From an uncultured Poribacteria bacterium (GTDB lineage Bacteria > Poribacteria > WGA-4E > WGA-3G), in contig CATQHZ020000001.1 in assembly GCA_958296135.2 (NCBI GenBank), positions 928,001 through 992,000 of the forward strand: a stretch of DNA of 64,000 nt, given 5' to 3'. Both the position numbers and the translations under genes were made by a program. Positions 1-10,795 of this stretch are shown here, piece by piece. A model generated the notes under the pieces. The model was not told the DNA's origin and ran no database searches. It was given only the letters and a program-made list of their open reading frames with translations. Within the stretch, counting starts at the first letter, position 1; each line of letters opens with the position of its first letter.

Positions 1-150
1 AAAATTGAAAATGCTGTTGCCAGAATAATAATGTAACACTGACGAGACTCACCACAGAAGCCTATTATTTGGCGATACCGTAGGGCGCGGGCCCGGCGAG
101 GGTTAATCGCCGAGGGTTCCCCCTCGCTCTGACGGTAATATTTAGAGGAG

Positions 151-1134
151 ATGCATCACATGAAAAAAACGATTATTGTGTTTGCAATTGTCGCTGCAAT
201 CTGTTTACTGACATGGCAGTTTGTTCAGTCTGAGCACCATGAGCAGCCTGCAGCCGACGTTGCGGAGATGGAAACCCAGGTCATCTTGGCAGAATTCCGG
301 TGGAACGGCGAGCATCATCAGATTTCGCTGGCAGCACTGAACGCCGCCATCGCGGAATTGCCCGTTTATCGCCAGCAAAATTATGAGAGTCGGGCCGATA
401 AAGCCGAGTATCTGGAGGAAATGATTGAGGAGCAGCTCAAAATCCTCCGCGCCGCCGACGAGGGATTTGACACCCTCCCGGAGCACCTCAAAAAACTGGA
501 GGACTACACCCATCAACTCATGGTTGAGAAGTTGACTGAGGCGGAAGTTGATGCGAAAATCGCCTATACCGATGAGGAACTCATGGCGCATTATAAGGCG
601 AATCTGAGCGACTACGTTGAACAGGCGAAGGTTCGCGCAACCTGCATCACGCTTGACGACGAAGACCTGGCGAATGAGACGCTTGACACAATCATCGCCG
701 GCAAAGACATCGTTGAGAGCGCGAAGGCGCTCGCCGAAGCCGGCAAACTCGCCAATGGCCCCGGCACCAATCGCGATGAACCGGGCAATACATTCCTCTT
801 CTCGAAGGCCGCCTCGGCGCAATGGGAGGAATTCATTAACGCCGCCTTCGCGCAAGAAATCGGCGAGATAACCGATACCGTCTTTGAGACAGAAGTCGGC
901 GATGAGACTTTCTACCTCATTTTCCGCAAGGAGGAACATCATCCGGAGCGACAAAAGGATTTCGCCGAGGTGAAAGACGACATCCAGCGCGAAGTTGAAC
1001 GGCAGAAGAAGCGCGTCCGCATCAACGAGTGGGTGGAAGAAATCTCGGCGCGCGGCAAACTGCAAACCTTCCCGGAAAACATTCCTGAACCTCCCGAACC
1101 GGAGGAAGCCGAATCTGAAGCATCCGAACAGTAA
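151..1134 (+). CDS. PpiC/parvulin-type peptidyl-prolyl isomerase (PrsA/SurA-like), N-terminal membrane anchor
   Basis: N-terminal hydrophobic segment; 'VRATCITL...AAFAQEIGEITD...FYLIF...FAEVKDDI' parvulin pattern; GAGGAG RBS; paralog of the next gene. Confidence 0.8.
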   Translation: MHHMKKTIIVFAIVAAICLLTWQFVQSEHHEQPAADVAEMETQVILAEFRWNGEHHQISLAALNAAIAELPVYRQQNYESRADKAEYLEEMIEEQLKILRAADEGFDTLPEHLKKLEDYTHQLMVEKLTEAEVDAKIAYTDEELMAHYKANLSDYVEQAKVRATCITLDDEDLANETLDTIIAGKDIVESAKALAEAGKLANGPGTNRDEPGNTFLFSKAASAQWEEFINAAFAQEIGEITDTVFETEVGDETFYLIFRKEEHHPERQKDFAEVKDDIQREVERQKKRVRINEWVEEISARGKLQTFPENIPEPPEPEEAESEASEQ

Positions 1135-1151
1135 ATCGCGATGTGCCTTTA

Positions 1152-1275
1152 AAACCTTCGCTCCGCGTACCGTAGTGCGAGGGAAAACCTGTCCCTCGCT
1201 ATGCTTCTCGGGGTTAAACCTTCGCTCCGCGTACCGTAGTGCGAGGGGCTGTCCCTCGCTATGCTGCGCGGGGTA
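1152..1275. repeat. Tandem pair (~64 bp period) of GTAG-type REP palindromes
   Basis: aaaccttcgctccgcgtaccgtagtgcgaggg...ctgtccctcgctatgct occurs twice (1152, 1216). Confidence 0.85.
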
Positions 1276-1296
1276 TCATGTTGATAGGAGATACAA

Positions 1297-2337
1297 TTGA
1301 AAATCGTAAACACAGTTATTCACATAGCCATCGTCCATGGCGGCGGCGCGCTGTTACTCGCCATGTTTGCGGTGCTGCCCCTCTTCACGGGCTGCGGTGA
1401 CAAGGCCATCGGGGCCGATGGAACCGTCATCGCCACGTATGAGTGGGAGGGCAAGCCGCATCACATCACGCTGGAGGAGATGCAGCAGGAGATCAGCGAG
1501 CTCCCGGAGTACAAGCAGCGTCAGTATCAGGACAAAGAGGGGCTTGAAACCTACATGCTCCTCATGGCGGAGAGCCGTCTTATCCTCAGCCTCGCTCGCG
1601 ACCAGAAATTGAACGAAGACCCGGAAATCCTCAAGAAGGTTCAGGACTATCTTCATGAGCTCATGGTAAAGCGAGTTACCGTCCAGGAGGTTGACGACAA
1701 ATTGGCGTTAACAGAGGACGACTATCTGCGCTATTATGAAGCGCACAAGGAAGACTATGTCCGTCCTGCGCAGGTGCGGTTGTTGTGTATCACGCTTACC
1801 GACGGGGCGCGCGCCGATGAAGTCTTTGCCGAAATCAAGGCTGGCAGAGACATCGCCGAGGTTGCCCAGGAGCTCTCGGATAGAGGCGAGCTGGTCGGTC
1901 CCGGTGCGAATCCCGCCTCGCCCGGCGATACGGATTACATCGGCCGCGGTGCCTTCCCTGAAGGCACCGAGCTGTTTATTGATGCAGCCTTCGCCGCCGA
2001 CATTGGCGAGCTGCATGACGGAGTTATTGGCGTGGCGGTGGGAAGCCAAAAATACTTCATGATGTTCCGTAAAGACGAGGCACGGGATGCTTACCAGAAG
2101 CCGTTTGAGGAAGAGGATGTCCGAAAGAATGTTGTGCGGAAGGTGGAGCGCGAAAAACGGAACGCGCTGCTGAAAGAGTGGGTTGCCCAACTCCGCGCCC
2201 GCGCGGAAGTCAAAACCTACACAGACCGCATTCCGGAAGCGGAACCTGAAGCCGAGGCGGAGCCCTCCGAACCCGAAGCGGAAGAGACTGAACCGGTGTC
2301 TCCTGAGGAGGCACCCGCGGAAAGTCAACCCGAGTAA
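1297..2337 (+). CDS. PpiC/parvulin-type peptidyl-prolyl isomerase, probable lipoprotein
   Basis: Lipobox-like FTGC; parvulin motifs 'DIAEVAQELSD', 'FIDAAFAADIGE'; acidic tail; paralog of 151..1134. Confidence 0.8.
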   Translation: MKIVNTVIHIAIVHGGGALLLAMFAVLPLFTGCGDKAIGADGTVIATYEWEGKPHHITLEEMQQEISELPEYKQRQYQDKEGLETYMLLMAESRLILSLARDQKLNEDPEILKKVQDYLHELMVKRVTVQEVDDKLALTEDDYLRYYEAHKEDYVRPAQVRLLCITLTDGARADEVFAEIKAGRDIAEVAQELSDRGELVGPGANPASPGDTDYIGRGAFPEGTELFIDAAFAADIGELHDGVIGVAVGSQKYFMMFRKDEARDAYQKPFEEEDVRKNVVRKVEREKRNALLKEWVAQLRARAEVKTYTDRIPEAEPEAEAEPSEPEAEETEPVSPEEAPAESQPE

Positions 2338-2445
2338 TTCCGCGTATCCTGTAGGGCGGGGGCCTGTCCCTCGCCCCAGCGGAAAATAGCCCAAGGAACG
2401 CAGCATGCAACAACGGCGCATGCGGCTCCAGCAAGGAGATTCTAA

Positions 2446-3789
2446 ATGACCAGGGACTATAATCGAACGCTTTGCGCCAAGACGAAGGAATACAAAATCG
2501 CCGCGACGCTCGTGTTCGGTCTGTTCTGCATCACCATCGCAGTGCAGAACGGCACAGCACGCACCATTGATAGAATCATCGCCCACGTTAACGACGATGT
2601 TGTCACGCAGTGGGAATTGGACACTTTAGTGAAACAGCGTGCGATGGAGCTCCAGCATGTCTACCGCTTCAGCGCGCGTGAAGCACAGCAGGAGGCAGAA
2701 CAGCAACGCGTAGAACTCTTGGACCGGCTTATCCGGCAAATGCTCTTACTTGAGGCCGCGCTTACCTTGAAAATCATTGCTACTGACGTAGAGGTAGAGC
2801 AGTATATCACAGAGTTTAAGAACCGGTATCAGATTGAGACTGATGAAGAATTTCAGAAGCAGCTGAACCGGGAGGGCCTCACCCTCGTCGCGTTTCGGGA
2901 GCAATCGGAACGGAACCTGAAGTCTGAGAAACTGGTGATGGGCAGAATTGTCCCGCGTCTCCAGATTCGGGACAGTGATGTTCAGCAATTTTTTGAAGAG
3001 AATCGGGACCAGCTTCCAACAAAATCGGATAAGGTGCGGCTGCGGCATCTGTTTATCGCCTTCAAACCGATGAAGGCAGACCGGCAGGCCGCGCTGGAGC
3101 AGGTGAACGCTGCACGGGCGGCGATTGCGGCAGCGCCAGCCCAGTTTGAAACTATTGCCCAACGTTATACGCCGCCGCAGAACGCCGACTCGCAGGTAGG
3201 GAAGTTGATAGAAGCTAGTCATGAGGAGCTCAGCAGTTTTCCGGAGACTTTCCAGGCGGTGCTCGCGAACCTCAAGGCCGGCGAGATGAGCGAACCGATT
3301 GAGGCAAACGAGGGACTCTATGTTTTCCGAGTGGAGACGAAGACCGGGGAGCTGACAGGATTTCGGTATTTCATCGTTCCGCTTTCGCTGAGCGAGGCGG
3401 CTATCGAGGCTGCGCGCGAACGCATCGCTGAGCTCTTCCAGAAATTGGAGGCGGGTGAAGATTTCAACGCCCTTACCGCTGAACATTCCGATGATGTAGA
3501 CACGAAGGAGAACGGGGGAGACCTCGGGGTGCGGGCCCTCACGGAGCTGAATCCCAAGACACGGAACATCGTTGCGGCACTTGATACGGGAGCCTACAGT
3601 CAACCCGTTGAGACTTCTTCCGGCCTGCACATTTTCAAAGTTGACGAGCGGAATACGCCCGAACTGAGCGAGGCAGAGAGACTGCAGATTATCTCTATCC
3701 TGCGCCAACAGCGTTTTCAAGAAGAGTGGGATGCATATACCGACCGGCTCATGGAAAACGCTTACGTGAAAATTAAGTTGCATGAATAG
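2446..3789 (+). CDS. surA: SurA-like periplasmic chaperone/PPIase
   Basis: 'IDRIIAHVNDDVVT' SurA N-terminus; two PpiC domains ('FNALTAEHSDD...GGDLG', 'SQPVETSSGLHIFKV'). Confidence 0.85.
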   Translation: MTRDYNRTLCAKTKEYKIAATLVFGLFCITIAVQNGTARTIDRIIAHVNDDVVTQWELDTLVKQRAMELQHVYRFSAREAQQEAEQQRVELLDRLIRQMLLLEAALTLKIIATDVEVEQYITEFKNRYQIETDEEFQKQLNREGLTLVAFREQSERNLKSEKLVMGRIVPRLQIRDSDVQQFFEENRDQLPTKSDKVRLRHLFIAFKPMKADRQAALEQVNAARAAIAAAPAQFETIAQRYTPPQNADSQVGKLIEASHEELSSFPETFQAVLANLKAGEMSEPIEANEGLYVFRVETKTGELTGFRYFIVPLSLSEAAIEAARERIAELFQKLEAGEDFNALTAEHSDDVDTKENGGDLGVRALTELNPKTRNIVAALDTGAYSQPVETSSGLHIFKVDERNTPELSEAERLQIISILRQQRFQEEWDAYTDRLMENAYVKIKLHE

Positions 3790-6700
3790 GAAATCCGTGC
3801 CAAAGCTGTCAAAAGAACGCCATTTTTTTCTTTGCTGCGCGCTGTTATCCATTGCAGGGCTCCTCGTATTCCCCGCGGTGCTTCTCGCGCAAACCGCTGC
3901 TGAAGAAGCACCGCCTGCAGCCCCGGAGATCGAGGAAAAAGTGCTCCCGGACGACGGTGAAAAAACGCCGGAGGCGGAAACTCCGCCGGAGGAGACAGAG
4001 AGTCCTGATGCGGGTGCAGAGGGGACAGAAGCGCAGCAGGAGAAATCCCCTGACGGACTGGACCCGGAGCAGATGGACCCGGAGCCGGGTATTGTCATCG
4101 GCGATGGGGACGAGATGGTGATGCAGGATAATCTCGTCCAAATCCACGGCAATGCCCTCATCAAATACGGCGATATGATTTTGCGGGCAGACCACGTCTG
4201 GGCCGACTTCAACGAGAATCTGCTGCGCGCTTCTGGCAATGTCCACCTCATCACTGGGGCCGAGGAGACCTTCTCCGATGAGCTTATCTTTAACCTTGAG
4301 ACGAAGAAGGGGATTGCGCGCAACGGGTTCACCTACAATGATCCGTGGTATTTCGGCGGTAGTGACATCTTTAAAATCGGCGACAAGAAGTCTTATATCC
4401 GCAGTGCGACGTTGACGACGTGCTCGCTGAAATATCCGCACTACTATTTCAGTGTTTCGCGTGTGATTGTCCGCGTCAATGAGGAGATGATTGCCAAAAA
4501 CATCGTTTTGCGCATCGGTGGGTTTCCGCTGTTCTATTTTCCGGCTATCCGCCGCGATCTTCGCAAAGGCAAGGTTGCCAAGATCATTGTGAAAGTCGGC
4601 ACGGATAGTTACCAGGGCCCCTATGTCAGTATCATTTTACCGATTGCCCGCAAGCGGCGTTACGATGGCGCGCTTCTCTACGACGAAAGTGCGCGGCGCG
4701 GGCGGGGGTTCGGATTTGAAGGAAAATATCGCTTCAACGATACGCAATTCCGTGAGATTTATATCCCTATTCCGCCGGATGCGACGCCCGCGCAACGCAC
4801 GAAGTTAGAGGAGAAGGCGAAGGAAATCCATGAGCGACTTGAGGGAGAGCACGATAGGTATTGGCTCAAGCAGCTGTTTCTGCCTTATGAAATTACGGCG
4901 GATGATGTCAACCGTGCTGAAGAGACAGCGGCGGAGCTCCTCATGCAACTAACAGAAGAGGGTGCGGACTTTGCGACACTTGCGCAACGTAATTCGGACC
5001 ACGAGACTCGGTATGAGGGCGGCGATTTAGGGTTTATTGTTCGCGGTGAGCGCATCGAGGAAAAAACACCTGCAACGTCCAAAACGCAAAACGCGCCAAA
5101 AGAGAAGACAGCTCCCGATGCCTCGCCGCCTCTTGATGAGGCGGCTACCCCTGAAGGCACGCCGATAGATGCGGCACCTGAGACAGGCGCGGCACCCGAA
5201 GCAGCCGAATCGCAAGACGCTGAAGCGGAAACAACCCAGGCACCGCCTGCAGAAAAACCCAAACTGGATCCGATTTTAGAGGAGGCCGCTTTTGAATTGG
5301 AAGAAGGCGAAATCAGTTCTGTCTTAAAGACGGAGTCTGCCTTTCATATCCTCAAAGTGGAGCGTGTGCTTGATGTCTACGGCGAACGCGAGATTCAACT
5401 CCGCCGGATTGATATCGCTATCGCGGCGAGCGATGAGACACAGCAGAAACTCCGCGAGACAACGGATATCATTCAGGCACGCGCCCTGGAAGGCGAAAGT
5501 TTTGAGCGGCTCGCCGCGGCATTCGCTGAGGTGACGTTATCCGAAGTGAACGATGGCGATGGCTTACCTCTCAGCGAGATGGATGCCAGTTGGCGGTATT
5601 CTGTCAGACGCTTAGAAGAACCGGGCGACATCACGCAACGCCGCCCCGTTTCCACACCGGAGGGGCTCTACCTTTTCCAACTGATTGAGAAAGAGGAGAC
5701 ACCGACTTTCGAGGTGCTCGCTGAGGAGCTCGATGCGGAGTGGGAGCTCTTCCTCGCGGAGGTAATGTCTTCAACGGAAGAGCCAAAGGCAGGTGAACAA
5801 ACATCTGCAGCCGGCGCATCTGTCCCGGCCGAAGGCGCATCGCCGGAGAGCCCGGAAACAGCGGAAGTGAGCTCGGATACGCCTGAGCCTAAGTCTCCTG
5901 AAGCGGAGGTGCCGGCAGAATCGCGGCCAAAGGACGCACCGGCTAGTTCCGATGAGGCAGTAGGAGAGGACGCTAGTTCCGATGAAGCAGAAGACGTGGA
6001 CGCGGAAGAACCGTTTACCGTCTACCGAAAACACGGGTACCGCGGCCGCTGGGAAGACCCGAGGGCTGTTGCATCAGAGGCGCAAAGTCTCTACGGCGGT
6101 GAATTTAGCAAAGTCATTCCGACTAAAAAAGCGTTTCGCCTCATTAAAGTTGATAAAAAGCGCGCCTATCGCGGGGATATCTATTTATATCGCGCGGACC
6201 ACTATTCTTTCGACAGGCAGAGTCCCTCTCGTATCGGCAGACGTTGGAACATGCGGTGGGGGCATAGGCAATCCCTCTATACTCCCTGGGACAGCCGCCG
6301 AGAAGGACGCCGGCCTATCAGTTTTACTGGGCGGACAGAATTGCGTGCGCTCACTTACAAAGAGGAACTGAAACTGCCGGGCGAATCGACGCTCAATACG
6401 TTTGGCATTCTCACTTACGGGGCTGCCTTCTCCGCCTTGGACGAGGGTGACCGGGATGATAACGGTAACCTCCGGTTTTCCCGGCAACCGACAGGGGATT
6501 TCACGGGACGGCTTGAGGTGCGGCATATTCACGATTTCACGGGCGAAGGCACCACCTCGCTTCAAAAGCTGCCGCAACTCACGCTGAACTTTTCACGGAT
6601 GCGGTTTAACGGATTGCCGGTTTTTAGAACCATCAATTCGCGGCTTGTGACGCTCTCGGAAAAATCTGCAACCGAAAAGCCGATTCTCTCGCTGTTTACC

Positions 6701-7849
6701 GTGCCAACCTTGGAAAACACCAGTTTTGATTTGGACATTGAGCTCGGCAACTTCTACCGGCAGGTTTACAAGAGCACACTCGTCGGTGATGAGAGGGACG
6801 TGTTCCTTCAAACGATGGATCTCGGGTTCGACTTGCGTAAGCAATCAACGCTGCTGATTACGCCGCTGCGCGAACTGCTCCTAAACATGAATTTCAATAC
6901 GAATATGATATGGCACGACCAGGACCAGGAGAAAAACCGCAACATTGTGCGCGGTGTCTATAGTTTCCGAGGTTCTGCAACCAATACGCTCTTCCGCGTC
7001 TACAATATCAACTTTATCCCGCGCATGCGCAAACTGCGGCACGAGATGCAGTCGACGGTAACGTTTGATTATCAGCCGCCTGTGGATGAAAACAAGAACC
7101 TCTATCCGTTCGGTCCTAGCACTTATTTCTATGAACGAAAATCGCTCTCCTACAATTTCGACACGAATATTGAGATTAAGACGCAGCGGAGCCAATCGCC
7201 GCATCGCGTACTCCAGTTGCGGACGCAGTTGCGTGCGGATTTTACGGAGTTCGACCCGCTCTATAAGCGCAGGTATGAGCCGATTGAGAGCAATTTGACG
7301 TTCATTCCGTTGCCGAGTCGGAGTTTGAATGTGACGGTGCGCCTCACGCACGATCCGAACCCAGACCCGGATGATGATAAGACTTTCAAGATGGTAGGGC
7401 TTCGTTCCAACATCCGTTATACGCGTCAGAGTTGGAACGTGAGTATTGGGAGTTCGTTCAGCAAGCGGCTGACTTCTCGGCAAGCTTCGCGTTCAATTAC
7501 GGCGAGTGGGCGGTACCGTTTTAGCGAGAATCTTGATTTCGATATCAATCTCATCTATTATCCGATCGATGGGCAATTCTATTCGCAGCGGCTTAGCATC
7601 AACCGGAATTTGCACGATTGGAACTTGCGGATTTCGTGGAGTCGTGTGGGTATCAAGCGCGGCGAGCCGCCTTACAACAACGTCCGTCAAGACTTTACGT
7701 TCCAGATTAGTCTCATTCCGGAGCCGGCTGTCTCGATGGGTGTGGGCTACGATGCGACGACAGATACGTGGGGGCTTCGCACGTTGTCAGCGGGTTCGCC
7801 TTACAATGCCTTTGGCGTTGGGAATTCGTTAGGCCGTTCTTATTTCTAA
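3782..7849 (+). CDS. lptD: LPS-assembly protein LptD with a large parvulin-domain insertion
   Basis: OstA-like N-domain ('LRADHV','ASGNV','FNLETKKG','TLTTC','PLFYFP'); beta-strand-rich C-terminal barrel ending in F; PpiC motifs in the middle. Confidence 0.75.
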   Translation: MNRKSVPKLSKERHFFLCCALLSIAGLLVFPAVLLAQTAAEEAPPAAPEIEEKVLPDDGEKTPEAETPPEETESPDAGAEGTEAQQEKSPDGLDPEQMDPEPGIVIGDGDEMVMQDNLVQIHGNALIKYGDMILRADHVWADFNENLLRASGNVHLITGAEETFSDELIFNLETKKGIARNGFTYNDPWYFGGSDIFKIGDKKSYIRSATLTTCSLKYPHYYFSVSRVIVRVNEEMIAKNIVLRIGGFPLFYFPAIRRDLRKGKVAKIIVKVGTDSYQGPYVSIILPIARKRRYDGALLYDESARRGRGFGFEGKYRFNDTQFREIYIPIPPDATPAQRTKLEEKAKEIHERLEGEHDRYWLKQLFLPYEITADDVNRAEETAAELLMQLTEEGADFATLAQRNSDHETRYEGGDLGFIVRGERIEEKTPATSKTQNAPKEKTAPDASPPLDEAATPEGTPIDAAPETGAAPEAAESQDAEAETTQAPPAEKPKLDPILEEAAFELEEGEISSVLKTESAFHILKVERVLDVYGEREIQLRRIDIAIAASDETQQKLRETTDIIQARALEGESFERLAAAFAEVTLSEVNDGDGLPLSEMDASWRYSVRRLEEPGDITQRRPVSTPEGLYLFQLIEKEETPTFEVLAEELDAEWELFLAEVMSSTEEPKAGEQTSAAGASVPAEGASPESPETAEVSSDTPEPKSPEAEVPAESRPKDAPASSDEAVGEDASSDEAEDVDAEEPFTVYRKHGYRGRWEDPRAVASEAQSLYGGEFSKVIPTKKAFRLIKVDKKRAYRGDIYLYRADHYSFDRQSPSRIGRRWNMRWGHRQSLYTPWDSRREGRRPISFTGRTELRALTYKEELKLPGESTLNTFGILTYGAAFSALDEGDRDDNGNLRFSRQPTGDFTGRLEVRHIHDFTGEGTTSLQKLPQLTLNFSRMRFNGLPVFRTINSRLVTLSEKSATEKPILSLFTVPTLENTSFDLDIELGNFYRQVYKSTLVGDERDVFLQTMDLGFDLRKQSTLLITPLRELLLNMNFNTNMIWHDQDQEKNRNIVRGVYSFRGSATNTLFRVYNINFIPRMRKLRHEMQSTVTFDYQPPVDENKNLYPFGPSTYFYERKSLSYNFDTNIEIKTQRSQSPHRVLQLRTQLRADFTEFDPLYKRRYEPIESNLTFIPLPSRSLNVTVRLTHDPNPDPDDDKTFKMVGLRSNIRYTRQSWNVSIGSSFSKRLTSRQASRSITASGRYRFSENLDFDINLIYYPIDGQFYSQRLSINRNLHDWNLRISWSRVGIKRGEPPYNNVRQDFTFQISLIPEPAVSMGVGYDATTDTWGLRTLSAGSPYNAFGVGNSLGRSYF

Positions 7850-7978
7850 TAGGGAGATATTCGTGAGCACGGACTTAACTGCCATTGAAAGCCGCCGGTT
7901 AGAAGAATGCATTGCGGCGAATGTTGCAAAGATTTTAGAAAACGTCGTATCATAGACGAACCGAGTCATTCCGCAATG

Positions 7979-8100
7979 CCGTAGGGTGAGGGTCTGTCCC
8001 TCGCTATCGGGACTGCGGGGGACAGGCCCCCGCGCTACGGTAGGGGGAAATTGTCCTTTCTCGTAGGGCGAGGGCCTGGGGGTGGGTAACCGCCATGCCC
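7979..8100. repeat. Cluster of GTAG-type REP palindromes
   Basis: ccgtagggtgagggtctgtccctcgc, gcgggggacaggcccccgcgctacgg, cgtagggcgagggcc. Confidence 0.75.
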
Positions 8101-8150
8101 CAATTGCTCCGTGTACCGTAACGAAGATACCGATAGCAAGGAGTAACAGC

Positions 8151-8948
8151 ATGCAGACAAATCCATGGGGCATGACGCGCTTTGAGGATAAAGTTGCCTT
8201 GATAACCGGCGGTGCCTCCGGCATCGGACGCGCTACTGCAGACCGCTTGGCGGCCGAAGGCGCGCATGTCATCATCGCCGATAATAACGCAGCGATGGCA
8301 CATCGGGCAGTCGCCGACATTGAGAACGCTGGCGGCAAAGCCGTTTATATGGCAGTTGAACTCGCTGATGACACAGCCGTCACTGCTGTCGGGCAAGCCG
8401 TAGCCGAACAATTTCCTGCGCTCCATATCCTTGTGAACAACGCCGCGATTTTGCGAACCGGCAAAATCGAAGATGGCGCGTGGCTGCCAAATTGGGAACC
8501 CGAAACCGCCATCGGCCTCAGAGGATGGGTGCTGATGACGCAGGTGCTACTGCCCATGCTCAAGCGAGAGGGGGGTGCTATCGTCAATCTCTCATCGGAG
8601 GGCGGCTTCCTCGGTAGGCCCGGGCAGTGGGTATACGATACGATTAAAGCGGGGTTGGTCTCACTCACGAAGACGATGGCGTATGAATTCGTTGCATACG
8701 GTATCCGCGTTAACGCTGTCGCGCCGGGTTGGATAGTTACAGAGATGCACTTCGGCAACGCGCCAGACCCGGCCGCTCGGAAGAAGGAATTGGAGGAGTC
8801 CCCGATTAACTCCTGCATTATGAAACGCCGCGCCGGACCGGAGGAGGTGGCATCCGCCATTGCGTTCCTCCTCAGCGACGATGCCTCTTACATCACCGGG
8901 CAAACCATTCACGTTGATGGTGGGCGGATGGGGATGTCTGTGGGGTAA
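8151..8948 (+). CDS. SDR family NAD(P)-dependent oxidoreductase
   Basis: TGGASGIG, NNAA, YxxxK (YDTIK), 'IRVNAVAPG', 'VDGG'; start moved to ATG 8151 behind AAGGAG. Confidence 0.93.
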   Translation: MQTNPWGMTRFEDKVALITGGASGIGRATADRLAAEGAHVIIADNNAAMAHRAVADIENAGGKAVYMAVELADDTAVTAVGQAVAEQFPALHILVNNAAILRTGKIEDGAWLPNWEPETAIGLRGWVLMTQVLLPMLKREGGAIVNLSSEGGFLGRPGQWVYDTIKAGLVSLTKTMAYEFVAYGIRVNAVAPGWIVTEMHFGNAPDPAARKKELEESPINSCIMKRRAGPEEVASAIAFLLSDDASYITGQTIHVDGGRMGMSVG

Positions 8949-9083
8949 ACCGGGGAATTCGCTGACTTTTCATAACGTCGTTGGCGTTTAAAAGCGGTGA
9001 GATTCTTTTTGGGATAAAAATCGGATGTATGCTAAAATAGTAGTGTCTTAAGACTTAACGCGGATAATCCGAGGTAAACCTCC

Positions 9084-10283
9084 ATGTTTGATGGCAAAAC
9101 ATTTTTAGAGAAGGTTCACATCAGAAACTATCTAAGTTTGCGTGATGTTGAGCTTCCGCTAAAGCCGTTGACGGTGCTCGTCGGTCCCAATGCGAGTGGG
9201 AAGTCAAACGTTTTGAATGCTTTACGTCTTCTCAATTGGATGATGATTGCTGAACAACTGCTTCCAGCTGAATTCATCCAAGGTTCCCTTTGGGCTGGTG
9301 GGGGAAGCCGCATCACTTTCGGGGTACAGGCGGGAGTGGGAACGGCTACAACTGCCTACGAGTTGGAGCTTGAAGCGTCAGTTGACAATCCTTTTGTTAC
9401 AGAGGAATTATGGGTTAATGATGTAAAGGTCATAGCACTCCGGCGCGGAAAAGGCGAAGTCCGGGATGAAAACGGCAAAAATTGGACAACCTATAGTTCT
9501 AATAAACTCGCTTTGAGGTCTGCGGGTGATTACGGAAACAAGCCTATCACGAATGCCTTGACGGAGTTTATGCGGGCTTGGCATTTCTATGATTTCCAGC
9601 CGGGGCGTATAAGAGAGCTGCTCGCAGGATTAGAGCAGCAAGTCGTATTCGGTAACCCGAAAGAGTTGCACGAATCACCACAGCTTGATGTTGAGGGTTC
9701 AACCTTATCGGCGTTACTCTCGTACTGGCATAAGAATGCGCCGGAGCGTTTTGCCTGCGTTAGTGACTCTCTCGCGGCCTCTACGAATATCAGCTTAGAC
9801 TACCTCCCAATTGGCGGTTCCAAACACCTCTGCCTTTTAGAAGGTTACGAGATAGAAGGCAACAAGAAGCCGATTCCTTTGGTGCGAGCTTCTGATGGCA
9901 CCTTGCGTCTCGTTGCGTATTACATTTTGCTCAACGAGCCGGAATTACCGCCGCTCATTGCTATTGAGGAACCGGAGCGGAATCTGCACCCCGGTGCGCT
10001 GTTAGACATAGCGCGGGTGCTTGAGCAAATTGCCGAACGCACCCAGGTGATTATCACAACGCATAGTTCTCAGCTGCTTGATGAATTTAAGGCGAAGCAC
10101 TTATCGGATTCGCTAGGTGTTTTACTTCTGCGCAACCTTCCCGGACGCGGCACAGAAGTCATGAACGTTGAGGAGATCCGTCGCGACAGAGCCTCATTGG
10201 ACGGTTGGATTGCGGATTTCGGCATTGGCAGTGCCATTTTCCACAGTTCGCTGCTACAAGATTTAATGGAGGACTCAGCATGA
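9084..10283 (+). CDS. ABC/AAA_21-type ATPase (OLD/AbiEii-like)
   Basis: Walker A GPNASGKS, signature SDGT, Walker B IAIEEPE, 'LHP', H-loop TTHS. Confidence 0.9.
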   Translation: MFDGKTFLEKVHIRNYLSLRDVELPLKPLTVLVGPNASGKSNVLNALRLLNWMMIAEQLLPAEFIQGSLWAGGGSRITFGVQAGVGTATTAYELELEASVDNPFVTEELWVNDVKVIALRRGKGEVRDENGKNWTTYSSNKLALRSAGDYGNKPITNALTEFMRAWHFYDFQPGRIRELLAGLEQQVVFGNPKELHESPQLDVEGSTLSALLSYWHKNAPERFACVSDSLAASTNISLDYLPIGGSKHLCLLEGYEIEGNKKPIPLVRASDGTLRLVAYYILLNEPELPPLIAIEEPERNLHPGALLDIARVLEQIAERTQVIITTHSSQLLDEFKAKHLSDSLGVLLLRNLPGRGTEVMNVEEIRRDRASLDGWIADFGIGSAIFHSSLLQDLMEDSA

Positions 10284-10795
10284 CTGCTGTCCGAATCTGG
10301 GCTTTGGGCCCATTCTATGATACGAAGACGGTCAAATCTTTGCCGCATAAGTTGGCACAACATTTACAACTTAAGGAGCTCTCTATCCGTGCCTCTTGCA
10401 GACGGGCCCTCCCGAGTCGCAATGGAAAAGGGGTACCGTTGAGCGAAGCGGTTCAGCATTACCTTGAACAAGAATCTTGTGTCATTTTTCTTATTGACAA
10501 CTGCAGTTCGATCGATACGGAACGGCGTTGGCACGCCCCGGACTCGCTTATCAACCAGGTCGAACGAGTTGTCAGCGATAGTCGTTTTGCGGGGAAAGTC
10601 TTTCGCGTCCACGATTTTCATGAGCTTGACGTGGCAGCGGTGCGTAACGCCCTTGGCCCGGGTTTAACGACGTGGGGAGAAGAGTGGGAGCGTGTCCTCG
10701 CGCGCTTTCATGAGGGGTTTGCTGATACCCCCGAGGAGGAAGTGCTACGAGATTTTGAGGCAGCCCTTGCGGAGGTGCGGCGTGAACAGACATGA
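10280..10795 (+). CDS. Hypothetical protein: DUF4276/Toprim-like N-half plus an antitoxin-like helical tail
   Basis: ATGA-coupled to the ATPase; 'VIFLID' strand; C-terminal 'EEEVLRDFEAALAEVRRE' resembles partners of PIN toxins. Confidence 0.5.
   Translation: MTAVRIWALGPFYDTKTVKSLPHKLAQHLQLKELSIRASCRRALPSRNGKGVPLSEAVQHYLEQESCVIFLIDNCSSIDTERRWHAPDSLINQVERVVSDSRFAGKVFRVHDFHELDVAAVRNALGPGLTTWGEEWERVLARFHEGFADTPEEEVLRDFEAALAEVRREQT

Noticed and set aside
2746-4332. Long antisense ORFs (also 46537..48231 and 57735..58727)
   Set aside because: Shadow frames of well-supported genes in GC-rich DNA
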